Source: the human T2T-CHM13v2.0 reference genome, Homo sapiens
Length of the DNA stretch: 64,000 nt
Reading direction: 5' to 3' (one strand)
Assembly: GCF_009914755.1 (NCBI RefSeq)
Contig: NC_060943.1
A program made the position numbers and the translations under genes. Below the pieces are notes generated by a model that searched no databases, was not told where the DNA came from, and saw only the letters and a program-made list of their open reading frames with translations. Every line of letters begins with the position of its first letter. Positions within the stretch are counted from its first letter, which is position 1. Shown in pieces: positions 13,466 through 25,330 of this stretch.

Positions 13466-15076
13466 ATGGGTGAGACGCAAAGTAAGCCCACTCCATTAGG
13501 AACTATGTTAAAGAATTTCAAAAAAGGTTTTAATGGAGATTATGGGGTTAATATGACCCCAGGAAAACTTAGGACCTTGTGTGAGATAGATTGGCCAGCA
13601 TTAGAAGTGGGTTGGCCATCAGAAGGAAGCCTAGACAGGTCCCTTGTTTCAAAGGTATGGCACAAGGTAACTGGTAAGCCAGGATACCCAGCCCAGTTTC
13701 CATACATAGACACTTGGTTACAGCTGGTTTTAGGCCCCCCATGGTGGTTAAGAGGACAGGCAGCAGCAGTACTAATGGCAAAGGGACAGACAGCCAAGGA
13801 AGAATCCTGCTCCACCCGCCAAGGGAAGTTGGCTCCTAAAGTCCTGTCCGACCCAACATCAGAGAATTCATGGCAAGAAATGGTGCCAGTAGCCCCCCTC
13901 TTTCACCAAGAAGGAAGGCCTCCCCCTCCTGAGTCCACTGAGCCTGAGCTTCCACAAGACCTACGTACCCCTAGGCCACCCAGAGTAGAAAAGAAAGGAT
14001 GCGAGACCTTGGGAGAAACCCCTCGGTTGGCAGCCCGTTTGAGGTCTAGAACTGGGATACAAACGTCCCTGAGAGAGCAATGGTATACTGGGGTAGACAA
14101 GGATGGGCATATGGTGGAAAGGCATGCCTTTGTGTACCAACCCTTCAACGCTGCCGATCTCCTCAATTGGAAAAACAATACCCCATCCTATACTGAAAAA
14201 CCTCAAGCTATAATTGATTTGCTCCAAACTATTATCCAGACCCACAACACTACTTGGGCTGATTGCCACCAGTTGCTCATGTACCTCTTTAACATGGATG
14301 AAAGGCGAAGGGTGCTCCAAGCAGCAACTAAGTGGCTAGAGGAACATGTTCCGGCTGATTACCAAAACCCCAAGAGTATGTGAGGATCCAATTACCAGGA
14401 ACAGATCCCCAGTGGGACTCAAATGAAAGACAGGGTATGCAAAGGCTAAACTGGTACAGGGAAGCCCTTCTGGAAGGGTTAAAAAAAGGGAGCTCAAAAA
14501 AAGGGAGCTCAGAAGGCCACAAATGTTAACAAAGTCTCTGAGGTCATTCAAGGAAAAGATGAGAGTCCTGCACAATTTTACGAGAGACTATGTGAGGCCT
14601 ATTGTAGGTGTACTCCCTTTGATCCCGACAGCCCTGAAAATCAGCGCATGATTAGCATGACTTTAGTTAGTCGAAGTGCAGAAGACATTAGAAGAAAACT
14701 ACAGAAACAGGCTGGGTTTGCAGGCATGAACACTTCAGTTATTGGAGATAGCCAACCAGGTGTTCGTGAATAGAGATGTGGTAAGCTGCAGAGAGAACCG
14801 CAGAGAGAGCGAACGCCAAGCCTGGTGAAATACCAACCTGCTAGCCGCAGCTATTAGAGGGGTCCCCCCAAAGGGGCGAGAGAAGGGGGCCCCGGGAAAA
14901 ATACCCAGTCTGGCCATCCACGTTTGCAGTGTAACCAGTGTGCTTACTATAAGGAAATAGAATATTGGAAGGACAAGTGCCCCCAGTTGAAAGGGAAACA
15001 AGGTGGCTCTGAGCAGGAGGCCTCAGACAAGGATGAAGGGACCTTGTTCAATCTGGCAGGAGGGTTACCGGACTGA
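13466..15076 (+). pseudogene. gag: HERV-E gag (MA-p12-CA-NC); open for 305 codons to 14383, then frameshifted and interrupted
   Basis: MGETQS myristoylation-type start; MA motif CEIDWPALEVGWPSEGSLD; CA motifs YQPF...DLLNWK and MHR QGKDESPAQFYERL (~14549); degenerate zinc knuckle 14939-14980; GAC-TGA-GGG readthrough-type junction 15074-15076. Confidence 0.92.
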
Positions 15077-15523
15077 GGGGGACCGGGCTCATGTGCCCCC
15101 AAAGAGCCCATGGTCAGGATGACAGTCGGGGGCAAGGACATTGGGTTTCTTGTCGATACTGGTGCTGAACACTCAGTAGTAACCACCCCCGTCACCCCCT
15201 TATCCAAAAAGACTATTGATATAATTGGAGCCACAGGGATTTCAGCAAAGAAACCTTTCTGTTTCCCTCGGACCTGCACTGTGGAGGGGCATAAGGTAAT
15301 TCACCAGTTCCTGTACATGCCTGACTGCCCCTTGCCTTTACTGGGAAGGGACCTACTTAGCAAGCTGAGAGTCACTATCTCTTTTATAAAGCACAGCTCT
15401 TTACAGCTAAAGTTACCTAGAATGGGAGTCATCATGGCCCTTATAGTTCCTTGGGAGGAGGAATGGAGACTCTTCTTATCTGAGCCAGGCCAAGAGATAG
15501 GACAAGCTCTGGCTAAGCGGTGA
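15077..15523 (+). pseudogene. pro: Retroviral aspartic protease (frame open)
   Basis: LVDTGA active site and LLGRDLL motif; in frame with the gag stop. Confidence 0.92.
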
Positions 15524-18500
15524 CGAACAGTGTGGGTGGAAGATAACCCTCCAGGGTTGGCAATCAACCAGGCCCCCATACTCATAGAATTAAGTCTGGG
15601 GCCCAGCTGGTCAGGCAAAAGCAGTACCAGGTCCCCAGAGAAGCCCTTAAGGGCATACAGGTCCATCTCAAGTGCCTGAGGGCCTTTGGAATTATAGTCC
15701 TTTGTCAGTCTCCATGGAACACTCCCCTCCTACCTGTTCCCAAGCCAGGGACCAAGGACTACAGGCCAGTACAGGATTTGCGCATGGTCAACCAAGTTAC
15801 AGTGACTTTGCATCCAATGGTACCTAACCCGTACACATTGTTGGGGTTGCTGCCGCTGAGGACAGCTGGTTCACCTGCTTGGACCTAAAAGATGCTTTCT
15901 TTAGCATCACACTAGCCCCTCAGAGCCAAAAACTGTTTGCCTTTCAGTGGGAGGATCCAGGGTCAGGCGTCACCACTCTGTACACTGGGACCCAGCTCCC
16001 CCAAGGGTTCAAGAACTCCCCCACCATCTTCGGGGAGGCACTGGCTTGAGACTTCCAGAAGTTTCCTGCCAGAGACCTAGGCAGTCAGGTGCACCAAGGG
16101 AATGGATACCCTGTTTCGGCACCTGGAGGACTGTGGGTATAAGGTGTCCAAGAAGAAAGCTCAGATCTGCAGACAGCAGGTACGTTACCTGGGATTTACT
16201 ACCCAACAGGGAGAGCGCAGCCTGGGATCACAAAGAAAGCAAGTCATCTGCAACCTGCTGGAGCCTAAGACCAGAAGGCAGGTGAGAGAATTCTTAGGAG
16301 CTGTAGGGTTCTGCAGCTCCTAAGAGCTGTGGATCCCAAAGTTTGTGGATCTCAAATTTTGCAGTATTGGCTAATCCCCTGTACGGACTCACAAAGAGAG
16401 GAGATAAGGAAACTTTCAAATGGGGGTCCCAACAGCAACGAGCTTTTCATGAGTTAAAAGAGAAACTCATGTCAGCCCCAGCCCTGGGGCTACCTGACCT
16501 AACAAAAACTTTCACACTGTATGTGTCAGAAAGAAAAAATGACAGTTGGAGTTTTAACCCAGATGGTGGGGCCCTGGCCAAGACCGGTAGCCTACCTCTC
16601 CAAACAGCTAGATGGAGTTTCTAAGGGTTGGCCCCCATGCTTAAGAGCCTTGGCAGCAACTGTCCTGCTAGGACAAGAGGCAGATAAGCTAACTCTTGGG
16701 CAAAACCTAAACATAAAGGCCCCCCCATGCTGTGGTAACACTAATGAACACCAAAGGTCATCATTGGCTAACAAATGCCAGACTGACTAGGTACCAAAGC
16801 TTGCTCTGTGAGAATCTCTGCATAACCATTGAAGTTTGCAACACCCTGAACCCCGCCACCTTGCTCCCAGTGTCAGAGAGCCCAGTTGAACATAACTGTG
16901 TAGAGGTGTTGGACTCAGTTTATTCTAGCAGGCCCGACTTCCGAGACCATCCTTGGATGTCACTAGACTGGGAGCTGTACGTGGACGGGAGCAACTTTGT
17001 CAACTCACAAGGAGAGAGGTGTGTGGGATATGCAGTGGTAACCCTGGATGCTGTCATTGAAGCCAAATCGTTGCCCCAGGGCACTTCAGCCCAGAAGGCC
17101 GAACTCATTGCTTTAATTCGGGCCTCAGAGCTAAGTGAAGGTAAGACTGTAAACATTTACACTGACTCTCAGTATGCCTTTTTAACTCTCCAAGTGCATG
17201 GGGCATTATACAAGGAAAAAGGCCTATTGAACTCTGGGGGAAAAGACGTAAAATATTAGCAAGGGATCCTGCAATTATTAGAGGCAGTTTGGAAGCCCCA
17301 AAAGGTGGCAGTCATGCACTGCAGAGGACGCCAGTGAGCTTCCACCTTGATCACCTTGGGGAACTCCTGAGCTGACTCAGGGGCTCAAAAAGCAGCATCC
17401 ACCCCCTCCCGGGCATCAGTCACAGCCCCCCTGCTCCCTCAGGCACCTGACCTTGTACCTACTTACTCTAAAGAAGAGAAGGACTTTCTCCAGGCAGAGG
17501 GAGGGCAGGTGATAGAAGAGGGATGGATCCGGTTATCAGACGGAAGAATAGCTGTGCCACAACTGCTAGGAGCCGCAGTTGTACTGGCTGTGCATGAGAC
17601 CACCCACCTAGGCCAAGAGTCACTTGAAAAGTTGTTAGGCCAGTACTTCTACATCTTGCATCTGTCAGCCCTGGCCAAAACAGTGGTGTAGCAGTGTCAC
17701 CTGCCGGCAGCACAATGCTAGGCAAGGTCCAACTGTCCCACCCGGCATACAAGTTTATGGAGCAGCCCCCCTTTGAAGATCTCCAAGTAAACTTCACCAA
17801 GATGCCCAAATGTGGAGGTAACAAGTATTTGCTAGTTCTAATGTGTACATACTCTGGGTAGGTGGAGGCCTATCCAACATGGACCAAGAAAGCTCGTGAA
17901 GTAACCCGTGTGCTTCTCCGAGATCTCATCCCTAGGTTTGGACTGCCCTTACAAATCGGCTCAGACAACCGGCTGGCGTTTGTGGCTGACTTGGTACAGA
18001 AGAGAGCAAAGGTATTGGGATCACATGGAAACTACATACTACCTACTGACCACAAAGTTCTGGAAACGTGGAGTGGATGAATCAGACTATCAAAAATAGT
18101 TTAGGTAAAGTGTGTCAAGAAACAGGATTAAAGTGGGTACAAGGTCTCCCTATGGTATTAAGATTAGATGTACCCCTTCTAAAAGAACAGGATATTCCCC
18201 TTATGAAATATTATACCATAGGCCCCCTCCCATACTACAGGGACTCCGAGGCACTCCTCGAGGGCTAGGTGAAATTGAGTTACAGAGATAGCTACAGGCT
18301 TTAGGAAAAATTACACAAACAATTTCAGCCTGGGTAAATGAGAAGTGCCCTGTTAGCTTATTCTTCCCAGTTTACCCTTTCTCTCCAGGTGATCGGGTGT
18401 GGATCAAGGATTGGAACGTAGCCCCCTTGCGGCCATGGTGGAAAAGACCCCAGACCATCATCTTGACCACTCCTACAGTTGTAAAGGTAGAGGGAATCCC

Positions 18501-18633
18501 AGCCTGGATCCACCACAGCCATGTAAAACCTGCAGCACCTGAGACCTGGGAAGCAAGACCAAGCCCAGACAACCCTTGCAAAGTGACTCTGAAGAAGACG
18601 ACAAACCCTTCTCCAGTCACACCCGGAAGCTGA
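15524..18633 (+). pseudogene. pol: pol (RT-RNase H-integrase) with many frameshifts and stops; RT YxDD deleted
   Basis: SPWNTPLLPV, DLKDAFF, LPQGFKNSP (15996), RNase H YVDGS/SAQKAEL/IYTDS, IN HETTH and IGSDN, C-terminal WIHHSHVKPA. Confidence 0.93.
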
Positions 18634-18655
18634 CTGGTCCACGCATGGCCAAAGC

Positions 18656-19473
18656 ATAAGGAAACTCACCATGAGACTCATTTTCCTTAAATTTTGAACT
18701 TGTACAGTAAGGACTTCAACTGACCTTCCTCAGACTGAGGACTGTACCCAGTGTATACATCAAGTCACTGAGGTAGGACAAAAGGTTGTTGCAGTCCTAT
18801 TATTTTATAGTTGTTATGAGTGTACCGGGACTCTAAAAGGAACTTGTTTGTATAATGCTACTCTATACAAGGTATGTAGCCCAGGAAGTTACCAGCCTGA
18901 TGTGTGTTATAACCCATCTGAGCCCCCTATGACTACCGTTTTTGAAATAAGATTGAGGACTGGCAGCTGGGGAAAAGCTGATATGAGTAAATAACTGGAA
19001 CAGAAGAGAAAGGAGCCCCAAACAAATTATCTTAAAATTTGATGCCTGTGCAGCAATCAACAGTGACCTGTATGGAAATAGGATAAGATGTGGCTCTCTA
19101 GATTGGGAAAGGGGCTATATAGTAGAAAATAAGTATGTTTGTCATGACTTAGGAATGTGTAGTGATGAATGTAGTTACTGGTCCTGTGTCATTTAGGCCA
19201 CCTGGAAAAAAAGATAAGAGGGACCCTGTCCACCTTCAAAAAGGAAAGAGTAACTCTTCCTGCACTAGTGGTCATTGTAACCCATTAGAACTACTAATTA
19301 CCAATCTCCTTGATCCCTGTTGGAAAACAGGAGAGTACGTAACTCTAGGAATTGAGGGAACTGGACTGGATCTCCGAGTAAATATTTTAATCCAAGGGGA
19401 GGTCCACAGGTGCTTTCCCAAACCAGTGTTTCAGACCTTTTACGATGAATTGAATCTGCCAGCACCAGAGCTT

Positions 19474-19520
<47 letters not shown>

Positions 19521-20740
19521 GACAAAGAACTTGTTTCTCCAGTTATTAGGAAATGTAGCTCATTCCCTCAATGTTACTTCCTGTTATGTATGTGGGGGAA
19601 CCACTATGGGAGACCAATGGCCTTGGGAAGCCCGGGAATTGGTGCCTACTGATCCAGTTCCTGACATAATTCCAGTCCAGAAGGCCCAAATTAGCAACTT
19701 CTGGGTCCTGAAAACCTTGATTATTGGATAATACTGCATAGCTAGAGAAGGAAAAGACTTCACCATCCTTGTAGGAAGGCTCAATTGTCTAGGACAGAAG
19801 CTGTATAACAGCACAACAGGGACAGTCACCTGGTGGGGTCTAAACCATACTGAAAAGAATCCCTTCAGTAAAATTCCTAAATTACAGACTGCTTAGGTCC
19901 ATCCAGAATCTCATCGAGACCGGACGGCTCCCTCTGGACTATACTGGATATGTAGACACAGAGCCTACACTCCGTCACCTGATCAATGGGGAAGTAGTTG
20001 TGTCATTGGCACCATTAAGCCATCCCTTTTCCTATTGCCCGTAAAAACAGGTGAGCTCCTAGGTTTCCCTGTCTATGCCTGAGAAAAGAGGAGCATATCT
20101 ATAGGAAATTGGAAAGATGATGAGTGGCCCCCCAAAAGGATCATACAGTACTATAGGCCTGCCACACGAGCACAAGACGGCTCGTGGGGATACCGAACCC
20201 CCATCTACATGCTCAACCAGATCATACGGTTACAGGCCATATTAGAAATAATCGCTAATGAAACTGGCAGAGCTTTGACTCTTTTAGTCCAGCAGGAAAC
20301 CCAAATGAGAAATGCCATCTATCAGAATAGATTGGCCTTAGGCTATTTGCTGGCAACTGAAGGAGGAGTCTGTGGAAAATTCAACTTGACCAATTGCTGT
20401 CTACAAATAGATGATCAAGGACAAGTAGTTGAAAATATAGAGACATGACAAAGCCAGCACATGTGCCCATGCAGATTTGGCATAGGTTTGATCCTGGATC
20501 TTTGTTTGGAAAATGGTTTCCAGCTCTAGGAGGATTTAAAACTCTTGTAATAGGCATAATAATAGTGTTAGGACCTGCATGTTACTCCCCTGTATGTTAC
20601 ACATATTTCTCCAGTTACTAAGAGGCTTCGTTACCATCTTAGTTCATCAAAACACCTCAGCACAAGTATACATGAATCACTATTAATCTGTCTCACAGGA
20701 AGATCTAGATAGTGAGGATGAGAATGAGAACTCCCACTAG
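18656..20740 (+). pseudogene. env: env (SU-TM), disrupted; presumed start codon mutated to ATA; candidate splice acceptor at 18388
   Basis: CYVC isomerase motif; broken furin site (TGA)-E-K-R at 20080-20091; [21 protein letters not shown] followed by GKFNLTNCC; hydrophobic TM remnant. Confidence 0.9.
19475..19518. repeat. (CA)22 microsatellite inside env
   Basis: Perfect dinucleotide run. Confidence 0.97.
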
Positions 20741-20765
20741 TGAGTGAGGTTCTCAAAGGGGGAAA

Positions 20766-21221
20766 TGAGGAGAGAGGCTATTTCTCCTACTGTCCTGTCT
20801 CCAAAGAAAAGGAGAAAGTAAAAACTGAAAAATAACAGACTGATTGGCGCCACTGGCCAGGCCTGTAGGTTAAAGATTAACCCCCACCCCAACCGCTTGT
20901 GCTATCCATAGATCACAGACAATGGTATGAAGAAATACTTGCCTTCCTCACCACCCCTACCTAGTCATGCAGACAATGGTATGGAGAAATACTTGCCTTG
21001 GTCACCACCCCATCTAGTCGCGTACCCCATGCTTGCTCAATCTATCACAACTTTTTCACGTGGACCCCTTAGAGTTGTAAGCCCTTAAAAGGGCCAGGAA
21101 CCCTTTCTTCAGGGAGCTCGGTTCTTGAGATACAAATCTGCCAATGCTCCCAGCCGAATAAAGCCTCTTCCTTCTTTAACCCGGTGTCTGAAGGGTTTTG
21201 TCTGTGGCTCGTCCTGCTACA
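20766..21221 (+). promoter_or_regulatory. 3' LTR (456 bp), preceded by polypurine tract AAAGGGGGAAA; AATAAA 21157-21162
   Basis: TG...CA termini; repeat of the 5' LTR plus an extra 53-bp U3 unit. Confidence 0.93.
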
Positions 21222-21479
21222 GAACCAATTCTTCTCAAGTCAGATCCACACTTTTATGAACACTGAAGTTCTGAAGTTTCCCAACAACAAAATGTTTGGA
21301 AAATGCACTTTGTACAGTGTCTGATACAACACGCAAAATCTTATCATCTTCACCATCATCAGCTAATGTTATTACTTAGAAAATCTGGCCGAGTATTAAT
21401 AAAGGTGGGGTGTTTACTGTGGGAAAGTGAAGGCTGTCTTGAAATGGCTTTTTTCTCAATAGAAGAAATAAAAAAGGGT

Positions 21480-21806
21480 GGCTGAGAGTGGTGGCTCATG
21501 CCTGTAATCCCAGTACTTTGGGAAGCCAAAGAGGGTGGACCCCTTGAGCTCAGGGGTTCAAGATCAGCCTGGACAACATGGCGAAACCCCATCTTTACAA
21601 AAAAATACACAAATTAGCTTGGTGTGGTGGCTTGTGCCCATAGTCCCAGCTACTCATGGGGCTGAAGTGGGAGGAATGCTTGAGCCCAGGAGGGGATCAA
21701 GAGGTTGCAGTAAGCCAAGATTGTGCCACTCCACTCCACCCTGGGCAACACATTTAGACTCAGTCTAAAAAAAAAAAGAAAAGAAAAGAAAAGAAAGAAA
21801 GAAAAT
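21480..21806 (+). mobile_element. AluJ with (GAAAA)n tail
   Basis: Diverged dimeric Alu. Confidence 0.9.
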
Positions 21807-22744
21807 ACAAAAGCGATAAAACTGGTTATTGTTGGTATCCGCTTCTAGAGAGCCCTGGATTCCTGCTGCAGCCTGTGGGTCACTGCCCCGCCACACAAAG
21901 GACCATGTATCCATTAGGCAAGATGGGCACACACTTAGGGGCACACAAGATTTTTTAAATTAGAAGAAAAAAAATGAATGTTTAAATTGAAGAAAATGCA
22001 TAATGGTATATATTTGTCTTTATACCAAAGCAGTTGCAAAATTTAACCACAAAAGTCATAATGTAGCCCCAAGTCACCCCCCACCCACCGTGGAATTTGT
22101 ATGCTCTGTACAGGAGAGCAAGGGCTAACTTTACTCCCATTCCTGACCAATGATCTTCCTCCAGCTCACATGGGACCTTGCTGAATCATCCCCAGTGCTT
22201 TTCTCTGAAGTGGGATCTAAAGTTGTTCACAAATTCTGCATTCTTTTCTTTTCTAAAAACTCTACTTCTGTGACAGACTACAAATCCTGCACTCTTTATT
22301 CAATAAATATTAATTTAGTATTTAGTATTACACATGCAGACGCTCTGCAAAATACTGGGACAAAATTGGCCAAGACAGGCTTAGTTTTTGTGCTTATGGA
22401 GATTAAAGTCAAATTGTAGAAACATGTAATCAATGTGCTTATCTTACTGGGCTGTAATTACTTAGTAAGTAGAGGAATATATATCTATGTCTAAGATTTT
22501 CTACATTTACACTGATCATAGCATATATAACCTACCCCCTGAACTTGACATTTGCACACACACACACAAACACACAGAGTTCAGACAAATATGTTGTCTC
22601 TTCTTCTGTAACTTTTCCCCCAAATGCCTATCCTAACTACCCCCATGAAGTCCCCTGATAAAAACCCTTATTCAAACAAGTCCAGAAGACAGAATTCTCA
22701 TTGGGACCCCCAAGAACAGAGGAAAGAATAGATGAATGGATGGT

Positions 22745-23020
22745 GTTAAATTAATATGTTAAGACCCTACCCCCCAGATGGATGGTATTAAGACAGTGGG
22801 TCTTTAGGAATTAATTAGGTCATGAGGGTGAAACTTTCATGATGAGGTAGTGCCCTATAAGAAGAGACATGCAACAGCTTCCTCTCCACAATGTAAGAAA
22901 ACCTGGACCCTGCTGGCACACTAATCTTGGACTTCTCAGACTCCAGAACTGTGAAATGTTTGTTTAAGCCACCCAATCTATAAGGTACTTTTGTTACAGC
23001 CGCCCAAACAAACTGAGACA
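22745..23020 (+). mobile_element. MaLR LTR (MLT1A-like)
   Basis: attaggtcatgagggtg, atcttggacttctcagactccagaactgtga, tttaagccacccaatcta...aactgagaca. Confidence 0.8.
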
Positions 23021-24060
<1,040 letters not shown>

Positions 24061-24819
24061 GAGCATATATGAGAAGATACTGTATTTAATGTGATATACT
24101 AGAATGTGGAACACAAAGTGTTATGTTATAGCTTGGCCTAATCCTGCTTTCAACTCTTTGGGGTCTGACTGCCTCAGAAAACATCTGAGGTAATTAGCTC
24201 TGTAAAACCTTGAAAGCAGATGTTCATTTGGACTGCAGTGACACAGGAAGATTTTATAGGGAGGGTGGCATATTCACCAAAGTGAAGAAAACATGGGGCT
24301 GAAGGGAGCTGAGGGCCCCATCTTTTCCTCCTCAGGATGAAGAAGTCCTCACCTCCTATTTCTCTGAGACAATTTGTCTGGCAGAGATTATCACTGACAA
24401 ATTGTTTGTTGTTAATTAAATAACAAAACAGGTGGGGTGGGAAGATATTCTGCAAGTTCTCAGATATTCCCTTTTTGGTTGTGGCACATATGTATGTATT
24501 CATCCAGTTAGATTCCTGTTTAGAAGGGCCTGCTCTGTGCCAGGTCCTGGGCATGTCCCCATGTGGATGACAGGAAAGAGTAAGACAATCACTGCACTGC
24601 ACTGAGTCCCAGAGCCTCTACACCTAGCAGCCACATGACCCTGGGCATGCTCCCTATCTCATGTCATTGTCATAGCAACCCCATGAAGTAAGTACTACGA
24701 CCATCCAGTTTCAAAGACGAGAAACCTCAGGCACAATGGGATTGGAACACATAAAACACTCCCTGTATAACAGGCGCTGTTTTAAGTGTCCAAAAACATT
24801 AGATTTTTTTGTTACTTGC

Positions 24820-25330
24820 TGTAGGTTACAAAATTCGTCCCAATCCCCCACTCTCTCCCTGACTTTGTGATTTTGTAATGTCACTGCAGCAATTCCCATC
24901 AAGAGATGGCATCTATCTCCTTAATTCTTGAATCAGATCTGACTTTAGCCAACAGAATGTGGGAGATGTGATGTTGTGCCAATTCCAAACCTAAGCCTCA
25001 AGGGACACTGAGGGTTTTTCTGTCTCTTGGACCCTGATGTTGCCATGTGAAAAAATTCAAGCTAGCTCCTAGAGGATGAAAGGTTTTATGGATGAGAACT
25101 CTGGACAACCAGTGACAAATAGCTAACTTCCAGACCTGGGAGTGAAAGCCTTCTAGACCAGTCAGTCCCCAGATGACCCTCAACTGACTACAACATGTAA
25201 GTGAGCCCATCTGAGATCAGCTAAGCTTTGCCCAGATAAGCAGAACTGCCCAACTGCTCTCCAGACTCGTGAGCTAGACTCATGGCTGTTGTTTTAAGCC
25301 ACTGAGTTTGGAGTGATTTGGGAGACATGA
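24820..25330 (+). mobile_element. MaLR LTR (MLT1F/G-like)
   Basis: cccatcaagagatgg, ttagccaacagaatgtgg, gttgttttaagccactgagtttggagtgattt. Confidence 0.7.

Larger units (their letters stand above)
12387..21221 (+). mobile_element. Full-length defective HERV-E-family provirus (LTR2-type LTRs, class I/gamma-like), 8835 bp
   Basis: Paired LTRs; 4-bp TSD GAAC at 12383-12386 and 21222-21225; tRNA-Glu PBS; polypurine tract; gag-pro-pol-env homologies in order. Confidence 0.95.

Noticed and set aside
18656-20740. Co-opted syncytin/suppressyn-like env
   Set aside because: Start codon lost, multiple stops and frameshifts, furin site destroyed
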